DNA of 64,000 bases from Macrostomum hystrix (GCA_950097015.1 CATNEN010000039.1:13888001-13952000), one strand, 5' to 3'. Numbered from the stretch's first letter, positions 9,540 through 21,599 are shown. Numbers and translations are program-made. Notes: generated by a model from the letters alone, not told the origin.

Positions 9540-10345
9540 CGGCCCGATACGGCTAACCCCTACGATTAACCCCACCTGATCCTTTAGGTGCGTCTGGCCT
9601 CGGCTCTGAGGGAAAGGTGCCACTGTCAGGCTTTTTACCTCGCTCACGAGTACGCTCGTAGACCCCGCACCTGCTTTCAGCTATGGCCTCTGCCAATGCC
9701 ATCCTTGAAACCGGGACTGAAGCTTCGCCATTGACAGCGCCTGCCGGCCTTTCCGGTTCACCTGAATCAGGAAACGAAGACCGGCCGCTCCAAACGGTCG
9801 AAGAAGCCCGCCTCCGCCGGAACTAGCGTAGCAACCAGCGACGGCGGGAAAAGAATGCCGCTGCGCTCACGGCAGGCAACGCTGCGGTGGCGGAGCCTCA
9901 TCTTGCTGTCCACGCCGCCCAACTCTGACGCAGCTAGCCTGTTGGCACACAAGTCCAACGGATCATCTTGCTGCACCTACAGCAGCACGCGCCCTGTCCT
10001 CTCTTCCTGTAACGGTTGCACACCATACAGCGGCCTGGGGCCCTATCGCAACCCCAGGATAAAAGAGAAGGGGCTCCGCCCTGGAGGTGCGTCCATACCG
10101 CCCCAGCAGCAGCTGGCAGGTTCGCTGGGTCTGCGTTAGCAACCTTCATCCTGCCGGTGTGCCGGTGAGCTCTCGGATCCTCTCCGGAGCAGCGGGCGCT
10201 CTTTCTCGAAAAAAAGGGCAGAAAGTGACGTGGTGCGCCGCAGTTTCCTCTGATGAGAAAGTCAGGGCAGATGTACACACCCGTGTGAGCGTATGCCTGC
10301 GTACGGTATTTGTGTGCGTGTCTGACAGACACCCCAGACTGTGAG
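9540..10345 (+). mobile_element. Probable non-LTR retroelement relic carrying a segment shared with the family A SINE
   Basis: GC-rich island with broken reading frames. 10253-10289 (GATGAGAAAGTCAGGGCAGATGTACACACCC-GTGTGAG) is near-identical to 41641-41678. Confidence 0.4.
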
Positions 10346-10629
10346 TTAATAAACTAGTTAGTGAACTCTTAAAATAAAAAATTCAAATGATTAAAAAATG
10401 TGCATTTAATCGCTGAGGCCCAGCGGCCTTTGTAAACACTTGGGTTGAAATTTATATTTCTCGTTTGTTCATCCATACAAAAGTTACAAAATACAAAACG
10501 AAATAAATCAACGAAGAAAATTTCGCTAAAAATGAGTACACCTGATTTGTGTAGAGTTGAGCATTAGCACATAGCAGTAGATTTAGTTTATCAGATAAAT
10601 AATAAAGAGTATGTACACAACCAGCCTAC

Positions 10630-13600
10630 TCATAGTAGGTCGCTCTCTCGATAGACCGGGCAGCTGGCCCTACGCAGTCGCCTAATGCGATGGTAGCTGG
10701 CCAGGTAGACACTGATTGGGAGACGCCGCGACCAGCCGTGCACCTGCCAACTGCCGGGCGGAAGGGTCGACTCAATGTCCGAGACGCTCACGTCATCATC
10801 GTTAGCGTCGAGCAGATCGTCGTCATCGCTGCTGTCATCTCTGCTGAGGTCTGCGACGCCACCGTAGCTATGAAAGCCGGACTCGGGATCACTGGCTCGC
10901 CGGTCCAGCCGCCGACTGGACGTCAGCAAAGCGGGATGCTCGCTTGAGACGCCGCTGGCGCCGATTTGGGATTTGCCGCTTCTTGAAGCTTGCTGGCGGC
11001 AGCAGCACCGGCGAGTACGGCAGCGATGTCGACGCAGTTGAGGCTGCTGACTCTGCTGACGCAGCGCTGGCAGAGACTCGCACGTGCCGACGCTATGGCG
11101 ATTGAGCTTCTCGCTGACGCCGTTGACAACAACAACTCGACGGCCCAGTGACCGACCTGTGGATCGCGTCAGGCCAAGGAGGGCGCCAGCGAGGACAAGG
11201 AAGCTGAGCAGGCAGGAAAGCAGCGCCCAAGCCGCTCCGGCAGGCACTCTGTTGACTCCAGAAGCTGCAACAGCCGCGGCTACGGAGCCAGCTGGCAAAA
11301 GCCGGGACAGCTGACGCGAATGAACATCGGCGATGATAACGCGTTGACTCCGGCTGAGTAGGGCGCACGCTGTGGCGGCGACATGCAGACGCCGTTGAGT
11401 CGTGACCGCCTCTGTCACGCGCAGCCGAAGCAACGGTAGATCATAGATTGATAGCGAAGCGTGCGGCTCAAGCACCTGCTTTAATGTCTCCCAGCTGGTT
11501 TCAGCGCCAAACGTGACCTTGTCATCCGTTACGCTAACCTCGAGTCTGTAGTAGAGTACAGGTATTTGCGTCTTTGCTGGTGGTTGCCAGGAAACTTTCA
11601 GTACACCGGCATCAACAATGGCAAACGTTGCAGCTTCAGGTGGGCCCGGCCGTGGTCCCAAGTCGCGTTCAATAGGCGGAAACACAGGCCGACCCGAACG
11701 GTCGCGGGGCAACGGCTGTTGGGCCAACTGAGGCGAGTAGCCGGAAGTTCGAGCGGTGGTTACTTCTGGCTGAACGCGCATTTCCTTCAACGAACCGCCT
11801 GATGAAACTGACGTGAGCGATAACTCGTATTCGGTATCGGCGAACAGTCCAGCGACAGTGGCCTCCGTTGCAGACGTCGGTCCGACCTGCTGACTTTCCC
11901 AGGCGGATCCGGAGCGTCGATACCAGACAATGTACTTCATGGAGTGTCCAGCAACGAATGCCGGTTGCCATACAAGGCTGAGTGAGTACGATGTCAAACT
12001 GACCACCGTCAGATTGCTTGGCGGATGCGGCGAGACCAGCTCAACGATAAGCCGCGTGGTAAAAGCCAGAGAGTTTACTGGGTTGTCCAGCACGCAGGTG
12101 TAGGTCCCAGCCAGGTGCGGCTGAATGTCGCGAATCAGTAATGCCTGACCCAGAGGGTCGTATGCGAGCCTCTGATCTTGATAGTTCAGGCGATCACGAT
12201 TGTACAACCAGACTAGACTGACAACAACATCTGGCGGAGACCAGAAGGTGCATGGTAGACGAGTCGACTCACCCGGCACCAGCTGGTACAGCGGCAGCGG
12301 GCGAGTGATAAACCTCGGCGGCTGCACAGTTTTTACATCGAACTCTGGCGTCCAGGAGCTCCAGCTGTTTAGGCTGCTGGTAGTTTGCAGAGAGCGACAC
12401 CGATAGCTGCCTGCGTGCGACGGTGTGACGAGATTGAACCGAAATCGGCTGCCGAAGAATGCCGCCCCGATTGGCTGACCGTCGCGATACCATTCAGTGG
12501 CACCGATAGGTGGGTTAGCAATCATCGGACAGGAGAGGGAGCCAGGTAAACCAAGCGGCAGGAACTGGACTAGGCTAGCATTCTCTAATAGTACTGGTCG
12601 ATAAAGCACGGTTAGCGTGGCTGAATTGCTGGTCAGTTGTCGTTCAGAGCCGTCGGCCTCAACCAAGATGACTAGACATCGATAAATCCCGGAGTTACTA
12701 TGATCTAGAGGCAGAAAAATCAACGAGCCGTTGGTCTGCGCCACCAGAACTGTTGAATAATTGGACTGCTCAGACAGGGCCGACCAGAGCTCCGAGTTGG
12801 TCCGCCTTCTTTGCCAGACCACGCGAGTTTGGCGCAGTCGCAAATCCACATGGTAGCCACACGGCAGCTCAAAACGGTCGCCTTCCAAAGCCGTAGCTTG
12901 ACTGGGCGGAGGTCTGTGGATGAACGCAATCGAAGCCACACTATTTCTGCTCGAGCCAACCAGAAGAGTGAAGTCAAACTCGCTGCTGCCGTTGTCGTTC
13001 TCAATGCGACACGAGTACCTGCCTGAGTCGTTTTGGTTCAGATTGTACACCTGCAGCTGTTCCGGCAGCAGAGGATCGATGCGAAATCGACCATGGTTTG
13101 TCAGGCGACGCTCGTTTACCAGCCAGACCACAGTCGGCTGGGGTCGACCACGAAATTTCGGGCATCGCAGCACAATATACTCGCCTGACTGTCGATAGAA
13201 AACTGTCGAGTTGAACGACGACTCGAATTTCGGTAGTAGCCAGAGTTTAAGATAAAACACCTTTACGCAGCTCTCCCCATTGTCAAGCTCCAAGGTACAC
13301 GCGTACGAGCCCTTGTCTGCCTCCGACAAGCCAGTCAGCTTGAACTGATGGCGAAACGTCGAAAACGACTTGAGGCTCAGTCGATTGAAGTAGCCGTTGC
13401 CCAGACTGGCCGGGAACCCACCGTGACGCTCGTAGACGAGGTTGCTTGTTGCCTTGGTCAGCCGCAGCAGCTTGACGCCGGTCTTCAATGACGCAGCTGC
13501 GATAGTCGACGATGGCAGCAGGCAGTCGAATTGAACGTCGCCATCTTCGACAGCGTGCAGCAGTTTGGAGTCGGCGTCGAGCTGGCCGAGACAACGCAGG

Positions 13601-13647
13601 GTCAGAAGCACCGCGACCAGCAGAGACAGAGTCTGCACGGCAGCCAT
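10630..13647 (-). CDS. Single-exon Ig-superfamily receptor, IGSF9/turtle/Dasm1-like (signal peptide, 5 Ig, 2 FN3, TM, cytoplasmic tail), ~1005 aa
   Basis: ATG at 13647 followed by a hydrophobic signal. Ig motifs DKGSYAC, DSGRYSC, NSGIYRC, HAGSYRC, LAGTYTC. FLPLGLPGSLSCPMIANPP and PPRFITRP resemble IGSF9 Ig4/Ig5. FN3 motifs SPHPPSNLTV and GLFADTEYEL. TM segment WALLSCLLSFLVLAGALLGL. Confidence 0.9.
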   Translation of the reverse strand: MAAVQTLSLLVAVLLTLRCLGQLDADSKLLHAVEDGDVQFDCLLPSSTIAAASLKTGVKLLRLTKATSNLVYERHGGFPASLGNGYFNRLSLKSFSTFRHQFKLTGLSEADKGSYACTLELDNGESCVKVFYLKLWLLPKFESSFNSTVFYRQSGEYIVLRCPKFRGRPQPTVVWLVNERRLTNHGRFRIDPLLPEQLQVYNLNQNDSGRYSCRIENDNGSSEFDFTLLVGSSRNSVASIAFIHRPPPSQATALEGDRFELPCGYHVDLRLRQTRVVWQRRRTNSELWSALSEQSNYSTVLVAQTNGSLIFLPLDHSNSGIYRCLVILVEADGSERQLTSNSATLTVLYRPVLLENASLVQFLPLGLPGSLSCPMIANPPIGATEWYRDGQPIGAAFFGSRFRFNLVTPSHAGSYRCRSLQTTSSLNSWSSWTPEFDVKTVQPPRFITRPLPLYQLVPGESTRLPCTFWSPPDVVVSLVWLYNRDRLNYQDQRLAYDPLGQALLIRDIQPHLAGTYTCVLDNPVNSLAFTTRLIVELVSPHPPSNLTVVSLTSYSLSLVWQPAFVAGHSMKYIVWYRRSGSAWESQQVGPTSATEATVAGLFADTEYELSLTSVSSGGSLKEMRVQPEVTTARTSGYSPQLAQQPLPRDRSGRPVFPPIERDLGPRPGPPEAATFAIVDAGVLKVSWQPPAKTQIPVLYYRLEVSVTDDKVTFGAETSWETLKQVLEPHASLSIYDLPLLRLRVTEAVTTQRRLHVAATACALLSRSQRVIIADVHSRQLSRLLPAGSVAAAVAASGVNRVPAGAAWALLSCLLSFLVLAGALLGLTRSTGRSLGRRVVVVNGVSEKLNRHSVGTCESLPALRQQSQQPQLRRHRCRTRRCCCRQQASRSGKSQIGASGVSSEHPALLTSSRRLDRRASDPESGFHSYGGVADLSRDDSSDDDDLLDANDDDVSVSDIESTLPPGSWQVHGWSRRLPISVYLASYHRIRRLRRASCPVYRESDLL

Positions 13648-14717
13648 AGCCGGCCTATCTCGATGACTCTGCTCGCATTGCTCGAGACCACGGGCGAAAT
13701 AAACTCTCGAGAGGTTTATTAGCACGAAAAAATAGGCTTTGTCGCTATTCTTTTTTCTAATTCACTGCCTCCACAGTAAAATTCAATTAGCCGGGCTAAT
13801 TACGCATTGGCGCACACCTGTCCCGTATCGGGGCTATCGGAGCACCACTTAATAACAAGAATCACTAAAATAATCTTAACAGTGTGCTTATTTCCTCTCC
13901 TGTGGAATGGCCACCAACTCTGTCTTCTGAAACTCTATATACGGTGGGTGTAGTCGAGACTTGGAACCCCGGCGACCACCCAGCAAGATTTGGTTGGCTG
14001 CCGGTTTGTGAGGCCTGAACATGCCTGGGCCCATCTCTCTCCTGGCCTATCTTCTCCCCCTCTGGCATGCGGCAAGCACCGCTTGCGTAGTGAGTCATGC
14101 ACCTCGGTCACTTGGCGCGTGGCCGCGTCCCCTAGGCAGCCACCTCAACAAAAAAACCCTTGAGAACATTCGCGCGTGTTCATTAGGAGAGCAAGCTAAG
14201 TTTGTGAGTCTATGCTCAAACTAGGTCTGCCTCACTACACCCCTCTCACCCTGATCGCTATATGCCTGCTGAGTACAGACAGAGCACCACCAATGAAACT
14301 TGCACAGATGGTTGAAATCATAGAGGGCAGAGAGAAATATTCTTTACCTATTGCGCAACCAAAGAACAGCTGAAATTATACATCGAGCTATTCGAGTCAT
14401 TAAATTATTACTCGACATGGCTGTTTGAGGAAAGGCTGGCACTAGAGCCAGTAGAACCACATCCATCAACCGTAGGGTTAGGCCCCACCAATAAGGGACC
14501 ACCAGTTGTAGGCAAACATTTTGATAGAAAAAGCGTCTTAGAGAGTGAAGCCTAACAGAAACCATCTCTGGCTCGATGATGAATGAAGCTGGCGGGGATG
14601 CGCTGTTAGGAGAGAAAGTTCTAGTCAATTGCCAAGGGCCTCGGAAACCTTAACTGCTGCATGACTAATTCAGAACTGAAAGCCATGCAAGCACGCAGTG
14701 AATGTGGATAAATGAGA

Positions 14718-15042
14718 GATGAAGGGACAGGCTGTTAGAGAGGGTGGAAGATGAAGGGACAGGCTGTCAGAGAGGGTGGAAGATGAAGGGACAGGCTGTC
14801 AGAGAGGGTAGAAGATGAAGGGACAGGCTGTCAGAGAGGGTGGAAGATGAAGGGACAGGCTGTCAGAGAGGGTGGAAGATGAAGGGACAGGCTGTCAGAG
14901 AGGGAGGGAGATGAAGGGACAGGCTGTCAGAGAGGGTGGAAGATGAAGGGACAGGCTGTCAGAGAGGGTGGAAGATGAAGGACAGGCTGTCAGAGAGGGT
15001 GGAAGATGAAGGGACAGGCTGTCAGAGAGGGTGGTAGATGAA
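14718..15042. repeat. 32-bp tandem repeat (GATGAAGGGACAGGCTGTCAGAGAGGGTGGAA)
   Basis: About 10 copies. Confidence 0.95.
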
Positions 15043-15715
15043 ACATCTCCTATAAGCACTGAGTTTATTGGATAATTGAGTTCTAGACTTATTGAAGGGG
15101 TAACACTTCACAAAAACTTTATTGCATAACTTCTGGGCTCTAAAGACTGACTCGCAACGGAAAAACAGTCAACTTGCTGTGCACACCATAGTTATAACAT
15201 AAAATTGTATATTGCAGAAATGTCACATTAGAATATGTCATTTCATTTAGGATGTCTAGCATCTAACTTTGTCATTTGAAGGCGACAAGCTAAAATAGGA
15301 GATGCAATGAGGGCAAATCCCCCTCGAGACTTTTGCAAAAATGTTTACTATACGGATGAGTCATTCGGTGCCTGCCGGCTAGTCGGTGGTTTCTCTGCAG
15401 TTATGAATGACGGTAAACTTCCCATTTTTTCCACTGAGGTGAATGACAGCTGTACCGCACGACACTCATGACATTGTCTATCCGTCAGAGTGAACTAGGC
15501 ATTTGTCATCGACCTCATGGCTACTTGCTCGTAATTTGCAGTGGCAGAATCCATTCATTACACGTTAAATCAAAGTGAAGCGTTGGGCAGAGAATGATGT
15601 GAATGAAACGTTGAAGAGCATTGTACAATGATCGGGCGCCTCCGTGTGGTCTGCTGCTTCAGGCTCTTAAATCTGATCAGGATTAACAGGACAACTCCTA
15701 GAAACTCCCTGTCAA

Positions 15716-16931
15716 CTCTCCCTGTCTCATCTCTCCCGTGTCTCATCTCTCCCGTGTCGCATCTCTCCCGTGTCTCATCTCTCCCGTGTCGTATCTCTCC
15801 CCTGTCTCATCTCTCCCGTGTCTCATCTCTCCCGTGTCGCATCTCTCCCGTGTCTCATCTCTCCCGTGTCTCATCTCTCCCGTGTCGCATCTCTCCCGTG
15901 TCTCATCTCTCCCGTGTCTCATCTCTCCCGTGTCTCATCTCTCCCGTGTCTCATCTCTCCCGTGTCGCATCTCTCCCGTGTCTCATCTCTCCCGTGTCGT
16001 ATCTCTCCCGTGTCTCAGCTCTCCCGTGTCTCATCTCTCCCGTGTCTCATCTCTCCCGTGTCGTATCTCTCCCGTGTCTCAGCTCTCCCGTGTCTCAGCT
16101 CTCCCGTGTCTCATCTCTCCCGTGTCTCATCTCTCCCGTGTCTCATCTCTCCCGTGTCTCATCTCTCCCGTGTCTCATCTCTCCCGTGTCTAATCTCTCC
16201 CGTGTCGAATCTCTCCCGTGTCGCATCTCTCCCGTGTCTCATCTCTCCCGTATCTCATCTCTCCCGTGTCTCATCTCTCCCGTGTCTCATCTCTCCCGTA
16301 TCTCATCTCTCCCGTGTCTCATCTCTCCCGTGTCTCATCTCTCCCGTGTCTCATCTCTCCCGTGTCGCATCTCTCCCGTGTCTCATCTCTCCCGTGTCTC
16401 ATCTCTCCCGTGTCTCATCTCTCCCGTGTCTCATCTCTCCCGTATCTCATCTCTCCCGTGTCTCATCTCTCCCGTGTCTCATCTCTCCCGTGTCTCATCC
16501 CTCCCGTGTCTCATCTCTCCCGTGTCTCATCTCTCCCGTGTCTAATCTCTCCCGTGTCGAATCTCTCCCGTGTCGAATCTCTCCCGTGTCGCATCTCTCC
16601 CGTGTCTCATCTCTCCCGTGTCGTATCTCTCCCGTGTCTCATCTCTCCCGTGTCTCATCTCTCCCGTGTCTCATCTCTCCCGTGTCGCATCTCTCCCGTG
16701 TCTCATCTCTCCCGTGTCGTATCTCTCCCGTGTCTCATCTCTCCCGTGTCTCATCTCTCCCGTGTCTCATCTCTCCCGTGTCGAATCTCTCCCGTGTCTC
16801 ATCTCTCCCGTGTCTAATCTCTCCCGTGTCGAATCTCTCCCGTGTCGCATCTCTCCCGTGTCTCATCTCTCCCGTATCTCATCTCTCCCGTGTCTCATCT
16901 CTCCCGTGTCTCATCTCTCCCGTATCTCATC
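15716..16931. repeat. 16-bp tandem repeat (CTCCCGTGTCTCATCT)
   Basis: About 75 copies. Confidence 0.95.
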
Positions 16932-17585
16932 CAGAGGGAGAATGCTTTTAGTTTTTATGTAAACGTTACTTGACCATCTGACCTCAGCCGCAGCAGAAAT
17001 ATAATTTTGTAACGAACGTCTACCACACAGATTGAGTTTAATCTGTAATTGTTAGACAAGGGAATATAGTTACATAAGCAAAGTTACATAAAAAGATGTT
17101 ATCTTTGCAGACTATGCCTGCGCTGACAAAACGAATTGCTCGTCTGCAATGTAGAGCCACTGTTGGAAACATAGGAATTACGTAATCCAGGGACGAAAAC
17201 ACCAGTACCACCCGGCAGCCCGAAACTAGTTGGTTGCGGCAGGTGCGTGCTGATCAAACGAGCTATTTCAGGTGTTCCAAAGCACGGAACAGTTTTATCT
17301 ATTAGATTTGATTCATATCCAGAGGAAAATGTGGCAAACTAAACTTTTTAACTGTAAAAGCTTTGTAAATTGGTCTGAACGACTCTTTGCATGGGTGCTC
17401 GCGCTGTTTTGGCAACTCTCTTTTAAAATTAAGAAAAACTGGCAGAAATACGCACATACAGTTTTGCTAATATTTGCATGCAAAAGTCACAATTGAACGT
17501 TAACTTATACTTGTGGGGCAAGGGGTGCTAGGCACTTGTGGCGAACTAGCTCAAGTGGCTGGGCCACCCCTACCCCCTCGCGTGC

Positions 17586-17830
17586 CCTGATTGGTCCAGG
17601 CCCAGCTCGCACTCTGATTGGTCCCCAGCCCTGCGCCGGTGCTAGCCAGCGTCCCGCGCCGTATTTAAACCCTGTGTCTAATCCGACGACTTCTAAGAAA
17701 TCGGAAGCTGACGCCTCAGCCGAGCCAGATGACCGAACAACACGGAAAAGGTGAGACTTCTAGTCTGAGTCTGAGTTTACGAACTTATCGATGCCTATGA
17801 TAATGAAGCATCTGATTATCTCTGTAACAG
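17586..17830 (+). promoter_or_regulatory. Pol II promoter-like module: two inverted CCAAT boxes, TATA, short exon, 80-nt GT-AG intron
   Basis: ATTGG at 17590 and 17617, TATTTAAA at 17662, AAG|GTGAGA at 17751, CTCTGTAACAG ending at 17830. No ORF follows. Confidence 0.35.
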
Positions 17831-18534
17831 AACTTTCTTTTCTTTACTTGTTCTTTTTGTTATTTTCTTTTCGTTTCTTCGTGTCACTCCCTTTTCGTAA
17901 GCCTTCTAAATTTTTCCATTTAAACGATATTGCAAAGCACTTGTGATCAATTCTTAAAGATATCAAGATTTCACACCATGGCATGTGCCTGAACGCGATT
18001 TTATTACGAGTACATACGCTCGTATGTGGTGTTCACATGTCTCCACTTAATGGGGGTAGGCTAGTTTTGGAACGTTGGAAGGTTGTTGGTTCGATTCCCG
18101 GTTCTCATAAGCAAGTTGTGTCCATTGTGTCCATTTTGTAAAAAATAACACCATAGACAATACCATTTAGTTCGAGCCACAGATACTAAGAGTATATAGC
18201 AGTTCTAGAAGCGAGTTTTCAATACGCAATTATATTTCTATAAGAATAGAGGCATGACAATTTTAAACTATGAAATATTATGTGACTAAAAGGCGAATGT
18301 ATTCGAAAGGTGCAAAGAAAAAAAATTATTTTGAATTTTCCAAAATCGATAAGAGAAAATGATTTGAGAAATATATCTGAAACAAAAAAGCACTCTTGAA
18401 ATAGAGTAAAAGACCCTAAAGACTACTGACCAGAGCCAGACAGTAGAAAGGTAGAAACATTATGGCACTGATTAATCAAACTTTAAATATTTTCATATTG
18501 CATTTGAATAGCAAAAATTAAGTCCGTGATATGC

Positions 18535-21417
18535 TCAGACACATTTTGTTTGAACTTCGTCCGCGATGGCCGACACGGCATTGACAGCGGGCAGCTGAGT
18601 CGGCGACGCCAGGACCAGTGGCAAAGCCCATGACGTGCCCGCATCGCGTGCTCGGCGTCGATAGCTGGACGACCGCGAAGAAGCTGAACTGCTGGAAGAT
18701 CCGCTGAGTACCTGAGCAAAGGACATTGTTATGGTTGCCATGTTGCTTTTCAGTGAGGTATGTGCATTACAGGAGAATATAGTCTAAAGCAGGTAAGAAT
18801 CTAGTCGATAACAGGGGAGAATCTAGTCTATAACAGGTGAGAATCTAGTCCGTAACAGGTGAGAATCTAGTCCGTAACAGGTGAGAATCTAGTCTGTAAC
18901 AGGCGAGAATATAGTCTGTAACAGGTGGGAATATAGTCTGTAACAGGTGGGAATCACAAATAGAAAAACTCACCTGCCCGCCAGAGCCAGACCCGGATGC
19001 GGTCAGAGCCGAAGTAGACCTTCTGGATGCGTCGCTGCCGCAGCCGCTGCCACCAGAGTAGAGCAGTACCTCGGCTTCGTTGCTAAACAGCTCCGGATCA
19101 GGCTGGTCATAGACAACTCCGCTTCTGTCCGCGCTGTCGGCTGGCGTGTCTCGACTTGCCGGACACCGTTTCAGGTGCTTAACAACGTCCCAACGCCATT
19201 TGCTGCGGTAGTCACAGAATCTGCACCTGTAGGGCTTAAAGTTGCTGTGATTGACAAGGTGTGACTTCAGCTCGGACTTCCAGCGAGCTTTGGCGCCGCA
19301 GATCGGGCAGGCAAATGGCCAGCTGGCTGTTGATGTGCCCGATGATGCGTCAACAGGAGTGGAGGCTTCGGGAGTCTGGAACACCTGGCCTTGACGATGA
19401 AGCTGAGAGACTGGCTGCCGATCATGTTCAGTAGGAGCCGACAGAGCTGGCTGCGGCTGCGGCTGCGGCTGCGGCTGTCTCTGCTTAAGGCATTGATAGG
19501 GACAGGTGAGGATTGTGTCTAACAGGTGAGGATTGTGTCTAACAGGTGAGGATTGTGTCTAACAGGTGAGGATTGTGTCTAACAGGTGAGGATTGTGTCT
19601 AACAGGTGAGGATTGTGTCTAACAGGTGAGGATTGTGTCTAACAAATGAGGATTGTGTCCAACAGGTGAGGATTGTGTCTAACAAATGAGGATTGTGTCC
19701 AACAGGTGAGGATTGTGTCTAACAAATGAGGATTGTGTCCAACAGGTGAGGATTGTGTCTAACAAATGAGGATTGTGTCCAACAGGTGAGGATTGTGTCC
19801 CTGGGAGCGCACGTTTGAGTCGCTATAACTCACCTCAACTTTGGCATCGTCGACACAGTCTTCTTCAGGGAAAGTGGCCTGAGAGGCGGTGTCGACAAGG
19901 GTGTCAGCTGAGTGTCTCATTGGTCGGACGACCCGCAGGTCAAGCGGAGCGTCTGTCACAGGAGCGTACAGTGCCGCAAGCTTTGAAGCTCGGCCATCGT
20001 CCGTCAGCCAGGTCGACGGACGTTTGACAGCAGCTCCTTGAACTGGACGAAAGCCGATGGGCTCTGACCTCGGGTGGCCTGGTGGAGGCGGCTGGTTCTC
20101 TGTGCCGCTGGCTGCAGTTGATGGAAGTTGAAACTGCCAGGATGATGTTTGCTGCTGCTGCTGCTGCTGATGCTGCTGATGCTGCTGATGCTGCTGATGC
20201 TGCTGATGCTGCTGATGCTGCTGATGCTGCTGATGCTGCTGATGTTGCTGATGCTGCTGATGCTGCTGATGCTGCAGTGTCATTGGTCGCAGTGGTGTCG
20301 GCTTGCGCAACAGACTCGACTGTCGATGCTCAGCAGACTGCGGCAGCTGCTGATGCTGGACTGTTTGTGGTGAGTTTTGATACGGAAAATTAGGAATAAG
20401 ACTTTTAAGAATAAGAATTTTAGGATGTCATTTTTTAAATGTCATCCTAATCATCCTAAGTCATTTTTAGGATGACTTAGGATTTACTGAACTACTGACT
20501 TAGTCATTTTCAGTTGACAGAACTTGAGGCGAATCAAAAAGCTAATGATAGTGGAGAAGGGCGGATCTAGTAGCTGATAGGAGCGGAAGGAGGGCGGATC
20601 TAGTAGCTGATGGGAGCGGAAGGAGTGCGGATCTAGTAGCTGATGGGAGCGGAAGGAGGGCAGATCTAGTAGCTGATAGGAGCGGAAGGAGGGCGGATCT
20701 AGAAGCTGATGGGAGCGGAAGGAGGGCGGATCTAGTAGCTGATGGGAGCGGAAGGAGGGCGGATCTAGTAGCTGATGGGAGCGGAAGGAGGGCGGATCTA
20801 GTAGCTGATGGGAGCGGAAGGAGGGCGGATCTAGTAGCTGATGGGAGCGGAAGGAGGGCGGATCTAGTAGCTGATGGGAGCGGAAGGAGGGCGGATCTAG
20901 TAGCTGATGGGAGCGGAAGGAGGGCGGATCTAGTAGCTGATGGGAGCGGAAGGAGGGCGGATCTAGTAGCTGATGGGAGCGGAAGGAGGGCGAATCTAGT
21001 AGCTGATGGGAGCGGAAGGAGGGCGGATCTAGTAGCTGATGGGAGCGGAAGGAGGGCGGATCTAGTAGCTGATGGGAGCGGAAGGAGGGCGGATCTAGTA
21101 GCTGATGGGAGCGGAAGGAGGGCGGATCTAGTAGCTGATGGGAGCGGAAGGAGGGCGGATCTAGAAGCTGATGGGAGCGGAAGGAGGGCGGATCTAGTAG
21201 CTGATGGGAGCGGAAGGAGGGCGGATCTAGTAGCTGATGGGAGCGGAAGGAGGGCAGATCTAGTAGCTGATAGGAGCGGAAGGAGGGCGGATCTAGAAGC
21301 TGATGGGAGCGGAAGGAGGGCGGATCTAGTAGCTGATGGGAGCGGAAGGAGGGCGGATTAAGTCGCAAAACAGAGCAAACTTATTGCAGTCAAATCTCAC
21401 CTGCATGGTGCACTCTG

Positions 21418-21458
<41 letters not shown>

Positions 21459-21599
21459 TGCAGCAGGCTGAAAGTACTGAGCACGATAGTCCAATGGAGA
21501 AGTGAGCAAAGGCGCACCTTCAAGACCGCCAGAAGCCGCAGCACCAAGGTAGTACTGTGCCAGGTAGTAGTCAGAGCTGTTGCCGAATTTCGGAAACAT
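18535..21599 (-). CDS. C2H2/C2HC zinc-finger transcription factor, 4 exons, ~469 aa
   Basis: Exons 21599-21401, 20360-19834, 19480-18974 and 18711-18535 join in frame through GT-AG sites (1410 nt). Fingers: CPICGAKARWKSELKSHLVNH-SNFKPY-RCRFCDYRSKWRWDVVKHLKRC. Also poly-A, (QQH)n, (QP)n tracts and a PLDLR CtBP-type motif. Confidence 0.8.
18768..18953. repeat. 22-bp tandem repeat in zinc-finger intron 3
   Basis: GAGAATCTAGTCCGTAACAGGT units. Confidence 0.9.
19502..19800. repeat. 20-bp tandem repeat in zinc-finger intron 2
   Basis: AACAGGTGAGGATTGTGTCT, about 15 copies. Confidence 0.95.
20559..21358. repeat. 33-bp tandem repeat in zinc-finger intron 1
   Basis: GGGCGGATCTAGTAGCTGATGGGAGCGGAAGGA, about 24 copies. 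Confidence 0.95.

Noticed and set aside
10248-10270. CTGATGAGAAA as a hammerhead ribozyme core
   Set aside because: No stem II lies between CTGATGA and GAAA. The homologous SINE copy reads CCTGAC-GATGAGAAA-GTCAGG, a simple hairpin.
18050-18110. SINE or tRNA head (GGTTCGATTCCC)
   Set aside because: B box only; no A box, body or tail could be identified.
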